This document shows positions 21,341 to 30,564 of a stretch of 64,000 nucleotides of DNA, in pieces. The translations under genes were made by a program, and so were the position numbers. The notes under the pieces are model-generated. The model ran no database searches. It was not told the DNA's origin and saw only the letters and a list, made by a program, of their open reading frames with translations. The stretch is taken from the NCBI GenBank assembly GCA_963708025.1, contig CAVPSB010000044.1, positions 32,001 to 96,000 of the forward strand. The letters are read 5' to 3'. This DNA comes from an uncultured Candidatus Rokubacteria bacterium. GTDB taxonomy: Bacteria > Methylomirabilota > Methylomirabilia > Rokubacteriales > DASRDR01. Numbering within the stretch: position 1 is the stretch's first letter; each line of letters starts with the position of its first letter.

Positions 21341-22150
21341 TCATGCGCTCTCGGGCGCTGGGGCCGGGGTGGGCGGCGCCGTGGTGGCTGGGCTCGCCGC
21401 CCCCGTGAGGGCGCGCTCGATCACGATGTCGCCGAACAGCTCCCGCTGCTGGGCGCGGGCGCGCTGGACCCGCACCAGCTCGAGCACGGCCAGGAGCGTC
21501 ACCACCACCTCCGGCCGGGGTGGCGCGGCCCCGAGGAGCGCCGAGAACATGACGTACCACGAGTGGTCGAGCACGCCCAGGATCTCCGCCATGCGGGCGA
21601 GGAGCGACGGGGGCTCGGGCTCCACGTCCCGGGTCGGCTCCCCGCGGGCCAGCCGGACGAGGAATCCCCGGTAGCTCTCGGTCAGGTCCCAGAGGCTCAC
21701 GCTCTCGATCGGCAGGTAGTCCGGCATCGGCAGCTCGCTCCACGTCCGGGTGAAGCGCTGACTCCAGGCCGCCTCCTGCGCTCGGAGCCACTCCCCGATC
21801 TCCTTCACCCGGGCGTAAGCGCGGAGGCGCGCCTCCAGCTCGAGGCGGAGGGCTTCGCCCTCCTCGTCCAGCGCCTCGTCGGGGATCTCCGGCTTCGGCA
21901 GCAGGAGCTTCGACTTCAGGTAGACGAGCGTGGCCGCCATGACGAGGAACGCACCGGAGTCCTCCAGGTCACGGAAGTCGGTGGACTCCAGGTAGGCGAG
22001 GTAGCGGTCGGTGATCTGGCGGATCGGGAGCCGCGCCAGATCGATCTCGTTGGAACGGGCCAGGTGGAGGAGGAGGTCGAGCGGCCCCTCGAACCCCTCG
22101 AGGTGGACGGTGAGCGGGGTCGCGGTGGCCTCCGGCGCCTCGGCGCTCAT
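21341..22150 (-). CDS. scpA: SMC-Scp complex kleisin ScpA
   Basis: FEGPLDLLLHL, FLVMAATLVYLKSKLLLP, VVTLLAVLELV, QRELFGDI. Confidence 0.96.
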   Translation of the reverse strand: MSAEAPEATATPLTVHLEGFEGPLDLLLHLARSNEIDLARLPIRQITDRYLAYLESTDFRDLEDSGAFLVMAATLVYLKSKLLLPKPEIPDEALDEEGEALRLELEARLRAYARVKEIGEWLRAQEAAWSQRFTRTWSELPMPDYLPIESVSLWDLTESYRGFLVRLARGEPTRDVEPEPPSLLARMAEILGVLDHSWYVMFSALLGAAPPRPEVVVTLLAVLELVRVQRARAQQRELFGDIVIERALTGAASPATTAPPTPAPAPESA

Positions 22151-23133
22151 GCAATCCCCACCGCAGACTTGGCTTCCGCCAGCGTCTGCCGGGCCGTCTC
22201 CCGGGCGCTGGCCGAGCCGGCGTGGAGGATCTCGCGGATCCGCTCCGGCCGGGCGGCGAACTCCGCGCGGCGCCCCCGGATCGCGTCGAGCCTCGGCATC
22301 AGGTGGTCGAGCAGGACGCCCTTGCAGTCCAGGCAGCCGATCCCGGCCGTCCGGCAGCCGGTGGCGAGGCGCTCCCGGTCGGCCGACGGCGTGAAGATCT
22401 CGTGAAGGTCGAACACCGGGCAGACCTCCGGGTTGCCGGGGTCGCTCCGGCGCTGACGGGCCGGGTCGGTCATCATCGTCCGGATCCGGGGGACGGTCAC
22501 CTCGGGCGGGTCGGCGAGGTAGATGGCGTTGTCGTAGGACTTCGACATCTTCCGCCCGTCGGTCCCGGGGACCTTCGGGATCACGGTGAGCTTGATCTCT
22601 GGCTCGGGGAAGACGGGGCCGAACAGGTGGTTGAACCGCCGCGCCACCTCGCGGGTCAGCTCGACATGCGGCGCCTGATCCACCCCGACCGGGACGTACC
22701 GGGGCTTGTAGATGAGGATGTCCGCCGACTGGAGAAGCGGATAGCCGAGGAGGCCATACGATGGGGACGTGAGCGCGAGCTGCTCCACCATCTCCTTATA
22801 GGTCGGGACGCGCTCGAGCCAGGCCACCGGGGTCAACATCGAGAAGAGGAGGTGGAGCTCGGCGTGCTCGGGGACGAGCGACTGCACGAAGAACGTGCTG
22901 CGAGCCGGGTCGAGGCCGGCCCCGAGCCAGTCGGCGACCATCTCCACGGTGTTGGCGGCAATCTCGCCCTTCTTCGGGATGTCGGTGGTCAAGGCGTGAT
23001 AGTCGGCCACGAAGTAGAAGCAGTCGTAGTCGGCCTGGAGGCGCACCCAGTTGTCGAGGGCGCCCAGCAAATTGCCCAGGTGCAGGCGGCCGGTCGGCCG
23101 CATGCCGGAGAGGATCCGCTCGCGCGCCGCCAC
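22147..23133 (-). CDS. trpS: Tryptophanyl-tRNA synthetase
   Basis: SGMRPTGRLHLGN, ADYHALT, GYPLLQSADIL, VPVGVDQ, DGRKMSKS. GTG start at 23133. Confidence 0.97.
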   Translation of the reverse strand: MAARERILSGMRPTGRLHLGNLLGALDNWVRLQADYDCFYFVADYHALTTDIPKKGEIAANTVEMVADWLGAGLDPARSTFFVQSLVPEHAELHLLFSMLTPVAWLERVPTYKEMVEQLALTSPSYGLLGYPLLQSADILIYKPRYVPVGVDQAPHVELTREVARRFNHLFGPVFPEPEIKLTVIPKVPGTDGRKMSKSYDNAIYLADPPEVTVPRIRTMMTDPARQRRSDPGNPEVCPVFDLHEIFTPSADRERLATGCRTAGIGCLDCKGVLLDHLMPRLDAIRGRRAEFAARPERIREILHAGSASARETARQTLAEAKSAVGIA

Positions 23134-23897
23134 TACCCGGTCCTCCCGACCCGGCCGGTCTGCCGCTCCGCCGCCTCCGCCAGGTAGGCGACGAGCCGGG
23201 TCACGTCGGCCGGGGTGTCCACCCCGAGCGAGGCGTGAGGCGTCACCAGGACACGGATCCGGACGCCGTGCTCGAGGGCCCGGAGCTGCTCCAGCGTCTC
23301 GGTCCGCTCGAGCGGCGTGGGCGGCAGCGCGGCGAAGCGCTGGAGGAAGCCGGCGCGGAACACGTAGATCCCGATGTGCCGGAGCGTGGTCACCAGCCCG
23401 GCTTGCCGCCGGAACGGGATCGGCGCCCGCGAGAAGTAGAGCGCGAAGCCGGCCTGGTCGAGCACCACCTTGGTCGCGTTGATGTCTTCCCTCTCGTCGG
23501 TGTCGCGGATCGGATGGGCGAGCGTTCCCATCTCGATCGCCGGGTTGGCCGCCATCACCCGGACCACCTCGTCGACCGCCCTGGCGTCGAAGGTCGGCTC
23601 GTCGCCCTGCAGGTTGACCACCAGCTCGGCGTCCTCGCTGCGCATGGCCTCGGCCACCCGGTCGGTTCCGCTCGGATGGGTCGGGCTCGTCATCACGACG
23701 GCGCCGCCGAAGCCGCGCACCGCATTCGCGATGCGCTCGTCGTCGGTGGCCACCACCACCCGATCCACGGTGCCGAGCAGCCGTGCCCGCTCCCACACGT
23801 GCTGGATGAGGGGCTTGCCGCGAACCTCGGCCAGGGCCTTGCCCGGGAAGCGCACCGAGGCGAAGCGGGCCGGGATGACGGCGACCGCGCGGGTCAT
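23133..23897 (-). CDS. kdsB: CMP-Kdo synthetase
   Basis: IPARFASVRFPGKAL, VATDDERI, SGTDRVAE, VNLQGDEP, LYFSRAPIP, LEQLRALEHG, GVDT. Confidence 0.97.
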   Translation of the reverse strand: MTRAVAVIPARFASVRFPGKALAEVRGKPLIQHVWERARLLGTVDRVVVATDDERIANAVRGFGGAVVMTSPTHPSGTDRVAEAMRSEDAELVVNLQGDEPTFDARAVDEVVRVMAANPAIEMGTLAHPIRDTDEREDINATKVVLDQAGFALYFSRAPIPFRRQAGLVTTLRHIGIYVFRAGFLQRFAALPPTPLERTETLEQLRALEHGVRIRVLVTPHASLGVDTPADVTRLVAYLAEAAERQTGRVGRTG

Positions 23898-24175
23898 TCG
23901 GGATCACCCTCTCGGCCGGCGCGCCTCGGGCCTACGGCCCTCGGGACGCGGCGGCCTCTGGCCCCACCCATCGACGGCCTTCGGCCTTTGGCGACCCCTC
24001 CCCACCCATGGACGGCCTTCGGCCTTTGGCCGGGGGGAGGGGAGGCGCGCCGCGATCCCGACGCCCCGCCTGGCCGGACGGACGAGCGGGTTGACACGGG
24101 GGGTCTCATTCGGGTGTTCCCTCGCCCCCGGCCCCTCTCACCCCGAAGGGGGAGGGGCGATTCCGGCTTCCGCGG
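23898..24175. repeat. Composite intergenic repeat cluster (family-2 hairpins plus GNA mini-hairpin modules)
   Basis: Two ACGGCCTTCGGCCTTTGG modules (23974, 24012), a CCCCTCCCC...GGGGAGGGG hairpin, and a CCCCTCTCACCCCGAAGGGGGAGGGG hairpin. Confidence 0.8.
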
Positions 24176-24191
24176 CCGCATGGGCGCCGTT

Positions 24192-24947
24192 TCATCGCTC
24201 GCGCGTGTGTACGATCTCGCGCACCTTGGCGGCGCGGAGGAACACGTAGTGGGCGTAGAGGAGGGCCAGCACCAGGCCCCGCCGGCCGTCCAGGAACCCC
24301 GCCCGCAGGAGATACATGGAGACGAACCGCCAGGCCGGCCGGAGGAGGAGGTCGGCCAGGCTGCCGCCGCGCCCGGTCGCCGCCAGTTCGCGGGCGGCCA
24401 GCTCCGAGTAGCGGTTGGCCCGGGCGACGAAGTCCTCGATGCCGCGGTAGCTCTGGTGGTCGAGCGCGGCCCGGAGCCGGCCCACCGACCCGTCCACGCG
24501 GACCGACTCGTGGACGGCGCTCGCGGTGAAGCGCCCGCGACCCCGGCGGAAGAGGCGCAGCTGGTAGTCGGGATACCAGCCGCCGTGGCGGACCCAGGCC
24601 CCCTGGAAGAAGTTCCGGCGGGGGATCAGGTAGCCGACGTGGCCGGGGGAGCCGGCGAGCGTGGCGACGATCTCCTCACGGAGCCGCTCCGACACGCGCT
24701 CGTCGGCGTCGAGCGCCAGGATCCAGTCGGCCTGGCACTGCGCGAGCGCGAAGTTCTTCTGCGCCCCGTACCCTTCCCAGCCGTGGAACAGGACGCGGTC
24801 GGTGAACTCCCGGGCGATGGCCACGGTCTTGTCGCTCGAGCCCGAGTCGACGACGACGATCTCGTCGGCCCAGCCGACGCTCTCCAGGCACGCCCGGATG
24901 CGCTCCTCCTCGTTCAGCGCGATGATCGCGACGGACAGGCTAGCCAT
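24192..24947 (-). CDS. Glycosyltransferase family 2 (LPS beta-1,4-glucosyltransferase-like)
   Basis: LSVAIIALNEE, VVDSGSSDKT, QKNFAL, LDADE, GGWYPDYQLRLF, VHE, GFLDG. Confidence 0.92.
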   Translation of the reverse strand: MASLSVAIIALNEEERIRACLESVGWADEIVVVDSGSSDKTVAIAREFTDRVLFHGWEGYGAQKNFALAQCQADWILALDADERVSERLREEIVATLAGSPGHVGYLIPRRNFFQGAWVRHGGWYPDYQLRLFRRGRGRFTASAVHESVRVDGSVGRLRAALDHQSYRGIEDFVARANRYSELAARELAATGRGGSLADLLLRPAWRFVSMYLLRAGFLDGRRGLVLALLYAHYVFLRAAKVREIVHTRER

Positions 24948-25011
24948 CCTCGTCCGACACGCTCCTAGGCTCCATGAAGCACCGAGGTGACGGCAGGCGA
25001 GCCAATTGCCG

Positions 25012-25179
25012 GGGGCGGGGCCGAGGAGCGAGCAGCGCCCACAGGCCGAAGGCCGTCCAATGGACGCAGGGAGTCGCCGACCGCAGGCGTATGCCGCATA
25101 CACCGAGGATCGGCGACAACCCCAAAGGCCGAAGGCCGTCCGAACGACGACGCGATGCGACGCTCATCGGCCCTGCCCC
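25012..25179. repeat. Intergenic palindromic repeat family 1, copy C (two module insertions)
   Basis: Near-identical to the other family-1 copies. Abuts the epimerase TAG stop. Confidence 0.93.
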
Positions 25180-26138
25180 TAGTCATCGAAGCCCCCGGCC
25201 GCCTCGACCCGCTCCACCCAGGCGATCTCGTCGCGGAGGCCGTCGGCCAGCGAGGCCTTGGGCGACCAGCCGAGGAGGTCCGCCGCTCGCGTGACGTCTC
25301 CATACGTGTGGGGCATCTCGCCGGGGCCGCCCGCCGCGGTCTCGAGCCGGGCCGGTCGGCCGGTCAGGCGCTCGAGCAGCCCGATGGCGTCCCGTAGCTC
25401 GATGCGGCTGCCCCCCGCCACGTTCACGACCTCGCCCGGCGGCACCGCCGCCTCGGCCGCGCGACACGTCGCGTCCACGATGTCCCCGACGAAGGTGAAG
25501 TCGCGGGTCTGGCGCCCGTCGCCGAAGACAGGGATCGGCCGGCCGGCCCGGAGTGCCCGGATGAAGCGGTGAAAGGCCATGTCCGGACGCTGGCGCGAGC
25601 CGAACACGGTGAAGTAGCGCAGGGCGATCGTCGGAACCCCGTACGCCGCCGCATACAGGCCGCACAGATGCTCGCCGGCCAGCTTGGTGACCCCGTACGG
25701 TGAGAGCGGGCGGGTCGGGCTGTCCTCCCGCATCGGCAGCTCCGATCGGCCGTACACGGCCGACGACGAAGCATAGACGAAGCGACGGAGGCCACCATCG
25801 CGGGTCGCCTCGAGCAGCCGCTGGGTGCCGAGGATGTTCCGGTCGGTGTAGATCTGGAAGGCGTGGCCCCAGCTCGGTCGCACTCCCGCCTGGGCGGCCA
25901 GGTGAAAGACGACGTGGACGCCCTCCAGCAGCGGCGCCAGGTCGAGCTCGAGCAGGTCGCCCCGCACCAGGCAGAAGGCCGGCTGCTCGCGAAGGCCCGC
26001 GAGATTCGCCTCCTTGAGGCTCGCCGCGTAGTAGTCGGTGAACCCGTCCACGCCGACGACCGTGTGGCCGTCGGCGATCAGGCGTTCCGTGAGGTGCGAG
26101 CCGATGAAGCCGGCGCAGCCGGTGACCAGGCACTTCAC
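25179..26138 (-). CDS. NAD-dependent nucleotide-sugar epimerase/dehydratase
   Basis: TGCAGFIGS, HLAAQAGVR, ASSSAVYG, YGVTK, RYFTVFG.RQRPDMA, RDFTFV. Confidence 0.94.
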   Translation of the reverse strand: MKCLVTGCAGFIGSHLTERLIADGHTVVGVDGFTDYYAASLKEANLAGLREQPAFCLVRGDLLELDLAPLLEGVHVVFHLAAQAGVRPSWGHAFQIYTDRNILGTQRLLEATRDGGLRRFVYASSSAVYGRSELPMREDSPTRPLSPYGVTKLAGEHLCGLYAAAYGVPTIALRYFTVFGSRQRPDMAFHRFIRALRAGRPIPVFGDGRQTRDFTFVGDIVDATCRAAEAAVPPGEVVNVAGGSRIELRDAIGLLERLTGRPARLETAAGGPGEMPHTYGDVTRAADLLGWSPKASLADGLRDEIAWVERVEAAGGFDD

Positions 26139-27244
26139 GGCAGGAGTCGAGCGGCCGCCGCCAGCACGCGCTCCACCTCGATCGCGGCCATCTGACCGGT
26201 TGGACTCTGCACCGTGGCGACCCGGGGCCCGTAGGGCCCGTTTCGCCGGGCGTCGGTCGGACCGTAGAGGCCGACGGTCGGGACGCCCAGCGCGGCGGCG
26301 AGGTGGATCGGCCCGGTATCGCCGCCCACGACGAGGGTGGCCCGCCGCAAGAGGGCGACCATCTCGGGGATCGACGTGGCGGGCGGGATGAGCGGCGTCT
26401 CCCGCATCCCGGCGCCGATGGACCGCGCCAGGCCGTCCTCCCCCGGTCCCCAGCAGAGGACCGGTCGCGCCCCGAGCCGGGCCGCGAGCGCCTCCCCCAG
26501 CTGCCGGTATGCCGCAACCGCCCAGCGCTTCGCCGGGCCGCCTGCCCCCGGGTTGAGGGCCAGGAGCCGGGTCTCGGGCTTGACCCCGTCCTTTTCCAGG
26601 ACGCGGGCGATCACGCCTTCCGCGGCCGGGTCGGCGGCGAGCGGGAACACGGGCTCGCTGGCCTCCGCGCGGCCGACGCCGATCGCGGCCAGCACCGCCA
26701 GGTTCTCCTCGACGACGTGGATGGGGCCGGGCGGGAGGGCCACGCGCCGGTTGGTGAACAGGGCGTTCCCCCGCTCCCGGCAGTCGCGGAGCGCGAAACC
26801 CACGCGGAGCGGTGCCCGCGTGAGGCTCGTGATGAGCCCACTCTTGAGGTTCCCCTGCACGTCGAGGGCGACGTCGAAGCGGCCGGCCGCGAGCCGGCGG
26901 ATCAGGCCCCGGACCTTGAGGAACACCGCTCGCGTCCCGCCCGGGCGGCGGAAGTCACGCCGCCACAGCCGCGTATCGACCGGGACCACGTGATCGATGT
27001 CCGGGTTCCCGAGGAGAATGGCCTCCTCACGCCGCTCGACGATCCAGGTCAGTTCGGCGCCGGGAAACCGACACCGGATCGCATGAGCGAGCGGCAGCGC
27101 GTGGACGACGTCGCCCAGCGACGAGAGCTTGACGAGCGCGATCGCCAGGCCGCGCCCGTCGCTCCATCCGCTTCTCGATCCCGCGGGGACCGGGCACCGG
27201 CGGAGCCCGAACGGTCCCGGCGCGTCGCCCACCGCGATGTTCAT
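26135..27244 (-). CDS. waaC: Glycosyltransferase family 9, heptosyltransferase I-like
   Basis: [49 protein letters not shown] overlaps the rfaE2 stop. Confidence 0.8.
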   Translation of the reverse strand: MNIAVGDAPGPFGLRRCPVPAGSRSGWSDGRGLAIALVKLSSLGDVVHALPLAHAIRCRFPGAELTWIVERREEAILLGNPDIDHVVPVDTRLWRRDFRRPGGTRAVFLKVRGLIRRLAAGRFDVALDVQGNLKSGLITSLTRAPLRVGFALRDCRERGNALFTNRRVALPPGPIHVVEENLAVLAAIGVGRAEASEPVFPLAADPAAEGVIARVLEKDGVKPETRLLALNPGAGGPAKRWAVAAYRQLGEALAARLGARPVLCWGPGEDGLARSIGAGMRETPLIPPATSIPEMVALLRRATLVVGGDTGPIHLAAALGVPTVGLYGPTDARRNGPYGPRVATVQSPTGQMAAIEVERVLAAAARLLP

Positions 27245-27744
27245 CGCCGGCCCGGACCCGGCGTCGGCTGGGCGAAGCGCTCCAGGATCTCGGCGATCAG
27301 GTCGCGGCTCGAGTGCTGCTTGGGGTCGCCAGCGATCGCCACCTCGCCGCCGGCGGCGCGCACAGCGGGCGCCTCGGGCACGGACTCTCGCGTGTAGTCG
27401 GTGCCCTTGGCGTGGACCGCCGGCCGCAGCGAGGCCACCAGGCGATCGGCGGTGTCGTCGTCGAAGACGACCACGTGGTCCACGGACTCCAGCGCGGCCA
27501 GGATCTCGGCCCGTTCGGCGGCCGGCATGAGCGGCCGGCCGGGACCCTTCAGCCGGCGCACCGAGGCGTCGGAGTTGAGCCCGACGATCAGCACGTCCCC
27601 CAGGCCGCGGGCGGCGGCGAGGTAGCGAACGTGGCCCACGTGCAGGAGATCGAAGCAGCCGTTCGCCAGCACCACCCGTCAACCCTGGGAGCGCGCGCGC
27701 TGGGCGACCGCGCGCGCCCCGTCAAGGTCGAGCACCTTGTCCAT
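27241..27744 (-). CDS. rfaE2: D-beta-D-heptose 1-phosphate adenylyltransferase (RfaE domain II), interrupted by an in-frame TGA at 27679-27681
   Basis: ATG 27744 gives [41 protein letters not shown]...[17 protein letters not shown]...AKGTDY. Confidence 0.85.
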
Positions 27745-28798
27745 CGTGCTCGGCGCGACCCTCCGCGTCGTGACGGATCGCCTCGCACAGCTCGTCCCGC
27801 GTGATGGGCGCGGTTCCCCGCTTCATCACGACGACACCGCCGGCGTAGTTCGACAGCCGCGCCGCCTCCAGGGGCTGGGCGCCCCCGGCCAGGGCCAGCG
27901 TGAAGGTGCTGATCACGGTGTCGCCCGCCCCGGTGACGTCGGCGATCTCGTCCCCACCGTAGATGGGCAGGAAGGTCGCGTCGCCGCCCCGCTCGAACAG
28001 CGCCATGCCGTTCGAGCCGCGGGTGACCAGCAGCAGGCTGCTCCCGAGCCGCTCGAGCAGCCGCCAGCCCGCCTGCTCGACCGCCTTCTCGCCGTCGAGC
28101 GACAGCCCGAGCAGCTGCTCCACCTCGGGCTCGCTCGGCGTCGCCACCATGAGCCCCTCGAAGCGGAGCAGCTCGTAGCGGGAGTCGGCGCTCACCAGCA
28201 CACCCCGCGCGCCGAGCTGCCGGACGGCGTCGAGCAGGCGGGGGGTGATGGTGCCGTACCCGTAGTCGGAGAGCACGACCGCGTGGATCTGCCCCGCCCA
28301 GCCGGCTAGCCGCTCGAGGAGGGCGGCCTCGGCGGCCGGCGGGATGGCGCCGTCCGGCTCGCGGTCCACGCGCACGATCTGTTGCCGCGTCGCCTTGTAG
28401 CCCCCGGCCATGATCCGCGTCTTGATCGGCGTCGTCCGGCCCGGTGCCGTGACGACGCCCTCGTCGCTGACCCCGAGCTGGGCCAACAGCTCGCGCAGGC
28501 CAGCGCCGGCCCAGTCGTCCCCCACCACGCCGAGCGGCAGGACCCGCGCCCCCAGGGTATGGAGATTGTGACAGGCGTTGGCGGCGCCACCCAGCCGGAC
28601 GTCGCGCGAGAGGAACTTCAGGATCAGAACCGGAGCTTCGCGGGAGACGCGGCCCGGCTTGCCGTGCACGTACTCGTCGGCGACCAGATCGCCGAGGACC
28701 ACGACGTGTTTTCCCTGGAAGGCCTCGACGAGGCGGAGCAGGCGGGCGCCGTCGGCACTCGCTCGGCCTGGACCCGCCCCACGGACGGACGTCGCCAT
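27722..28798 (-). CDS. rfaE1: D-beta-D-heptose 7-phosphate kinase (RfaE domain I, PfkB family)
   Basis: VLGDLVADEY, RVSREAPV, GGAANA, QQIVRVDRE, SDYGYG, DVTGAGDTVI. Confidence 0.93.
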   Translation of the reverse strand: MATSVRGAGPGRASADGARLLRLVEAFQGKHVVVLGDLVADEYVHGKPGRVSREAPVLILKFLSRDVRLGGAANACHNLHTLGARVLPLGVVGDDWAGAGLRELLAQLGVSDEGVVTAPGRTTPIKTRIMAGGYKATRQQIVRVDREPDGAIPPAAEAALLERLAGWAGQIHAVVLSDYGYGTITPRLLDAVRQLGARGVLVSADSRYELLRFEGLMVATPSEPEVEQLLGLSLDGEKAVEQAGWRLLERLGSSLLLVTRGSNGMALFERGGDATFLPIYGGDEIADVTGAGDTVISTFTLALAGGAQPLEAARLSNYAGGVVVMKRGTAPITRDELCEAIRHDAEGRAEHDGQGARP

Positions 28799-28805
28799 CG
28801 GGGCC

Positions 28806-28845
28806 ATTATACGGATCGCGGTAAGGCTGAAAAGCGCCTTTTCAG
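28806..28845 (-). promoter_or_regulatory. Promoter for rfaE1 (perfect -10) with an overlapping inverted repeat
   Basis: Minus strand TATAAT (28811-28806) lies 7 nt before the ATG. Palindrome CTGAAAAG-CGC-CTTTTCAG at 28827-28845. Confidence 0.65.
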
Positions 28846-28873
28846 GCTCCCCCGGGAACGGGGGCCACACGGG

Positions 28874-29239
28874 TCAGGGGGGGCCGATCAACTGGCGGAT
28901 CTTGTCCCTCAGCTCCTCGTACTTCACCGGCTTGCCGAACCCGGCCTGGACGTCGAGGTCGAAGGTGACGACGTCCCACAGCGCGGAGACGACGATGATC
29001 GGCAGCGTAGCGAAGCGCGCCCACTCCGGGTCGCGTCGCAGGAGCTGGACGAGACTGGCGCCGCCCAGCTCCGGCATGTTGATGTCCAGGACCAGCAAGT
29101 CCACCTCGTTGGCGCGGAGCTTCTCGAGCGCGCTCCGCCCGTCGTAGGCCACCACGACCTGGTACCCGTCGCGATCGAGAAACTTCGAGAACATCTCGCA
29201 GATCGCCACGTCGTCGTCCACGACCATGACCCGCTTCAC
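28874..29239 (-). CDS. Single-domain response regulator (receiver only)
   Basis: VMVVDDD, LLVLDINMPELGG, PIIVVSA, GFGKP. Confidence 0.93.
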   Translation of the reverse strand: MKRVMVVDDDVAICEMFSKFLDRDGYQVVVAYDGRSALEKLRANEVDLLVLDINMPELGGASLVQLLRRDPEWARFATLPIIVVSALWDVVTFDLDVQAGFGKPVKYEELRDKIRQLIGPP

Positions 29240-29379
29240 GGCCTACCCCACGAAGACCCACGTGCGGCCGGCCCCCAGGGCCGGCGTGGCCCGAGGGTCG
29301 CGACTGTGCACGCTGGCGAGGCGCGGCTCAGCATCCATGGGTACGCGTGGTTCCGGTGAAGAGCCCGAACCGGGCGATA

Positions 29380-30564
29380 TTAGCACAGGCCAGGCGGGAG
29401 CCCAAGGATGGCCGCGTACACCTCCTCCACCAGCGAGGCCCGCCGCTCGGACGTGAAGAGCGTGGTCACCCGTCGCCGGCCCGCGATCCCCATCGCGCGG
29501 GCCCGCACCGGATCGGCCAGCAGCGCGGTCAGCCGGTCGGCGATCGCGTCAGGTCGCGGATCGACGAGCCAGCCCGTGTCGCCCTCGACCACCGTCTCCG
29601 GCATCGCGCCGAACCGTCCGGCCACCACGGGTCGGCCCGCGGCCATCGCCTCCAGCACCGCGCGTCCCGATTCTTCCGATCCGCCGGCCGGCAGGACGAA
29701 GCCGTCCATCACGGTCAGGACCTGCGCGAGGTCGTCGCCGCGATACCCTGCGAAGACGACGAGGTCGGCGAGCCCGAGCACCTGGACCAGCGCCTCGATG
29801 GCTGGACGGCCTTCGCCCCGCCCGACCAGGAGCAGACGGAGCGTCGGCCAGCTCCCCCGGAGGCGGCTCACCGCGTGGAGGAGTGCGTCGTGACCCCGCC
29901 CGGGAACGAGGCGCGCCACGCAGCCGATCACCGGGCCAGCCCCCAGCGCGAGCTCGGCCCGCACGGCGCTCGGGTCGGCATCGGGCCGGAAGCGCCGGGC
30001 GTCGACGGCGCCGGGGACCACCGTGAGTCGCCTCGCCGGGAGGCCGGCGGCGCGGATCACGGCCGCGATCGCTTCGCTGGCCGCGAGGACGGCGTCCGTC
30101 CGGCCGAACAGCCAGCGTGACGCGGGGCCGGGGCGGATGGCGCGCCGGTGGTGAACGGTGCGCACCAGGCGGCACGACAGCCCGCGAAGGGCCACGGCCG
30201 CCAGCCAGTGGTCGTGCGTGAGGTGGGCGTGCACCACCTGGATCCGACCATCCCGGGCGAGCCGGCGCAGCACGTGGACGTCGCGTACGAGGATCCAGGG
30301 GCGCGCGGTGCGCTCGAGCGAGAGGCCGGCCACCGGCGGCAGCATCGCGGCGGTGGCCCGGGCTTCGAGCGCGTCGCCGCGGATGCACGCGAAGTGCACG
30401 CCGTGACCGCGATCGCGGAGCGTGCACGCGAGGTCGAGCGCCGGATCCGCGCTTCCCGTCCACCAGCGGTTGGCGACGGTCTGCAGGACGCGAAGCGCCC
30501 TCACGGGTTGACCCTGGCCCCGGAGGGGTCCGGCCTCCCTGCCCGTCGGCCCGGACCCGCTCAT
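29380..30564 (-). CDS. Glycosyltransferase family 4
   Basis: VHAHLTHD, VARLVPGRGH, FAGYRGDD, EESGRAVLEAMAAGRPVV, EGDTGWLV. Confidence 0.9.
   Translation of the reverse strand: MSGSGPTGREAGPLRGQGQPVRALRVLQTVANRWWTGSADPALDLACTLRDRGHGVHFACIRGDALEARATAAMLPPVAGLSLERTARPWILVRDVHVLRRLARDGRIQVVHAHLTHDHWLAAVALRGLSCRLVRTVHHRRAIRPGPASRWLFGRTDAVLAASEAIAAVIRAAGLPARRLTVVPGAVDARRFRPDADPSAVRAELALGAGPVIGCVARLVPGRGHDALLHAVSRLRGSWPTLRLLLVGRGEGRPAIEALVQVLGLADLVVFAGYRGDDLAQVLTVMDGFVLPAGGSEESGRAVLEAMAAGRPVVAGRFGAMPETVVEGDTGWLVDPRPDAIADRLTALLADPVRARAMGIAGRRRVTTLFTSERRASLVEEVYAAILGLPPGLC

Noticed and set aside
23894..24181. 95-aa ORF between GT2 and kdsB
   Set aside because: It consists of repeat-derived sequence and low-complexity translation.
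27679..27681. Genome-wide TGA reassignment or selenoprotein
   Set aside because: TGA terminates many genes here, prfB uses the TGA feedback site, and the position is not a catalytic Cys.
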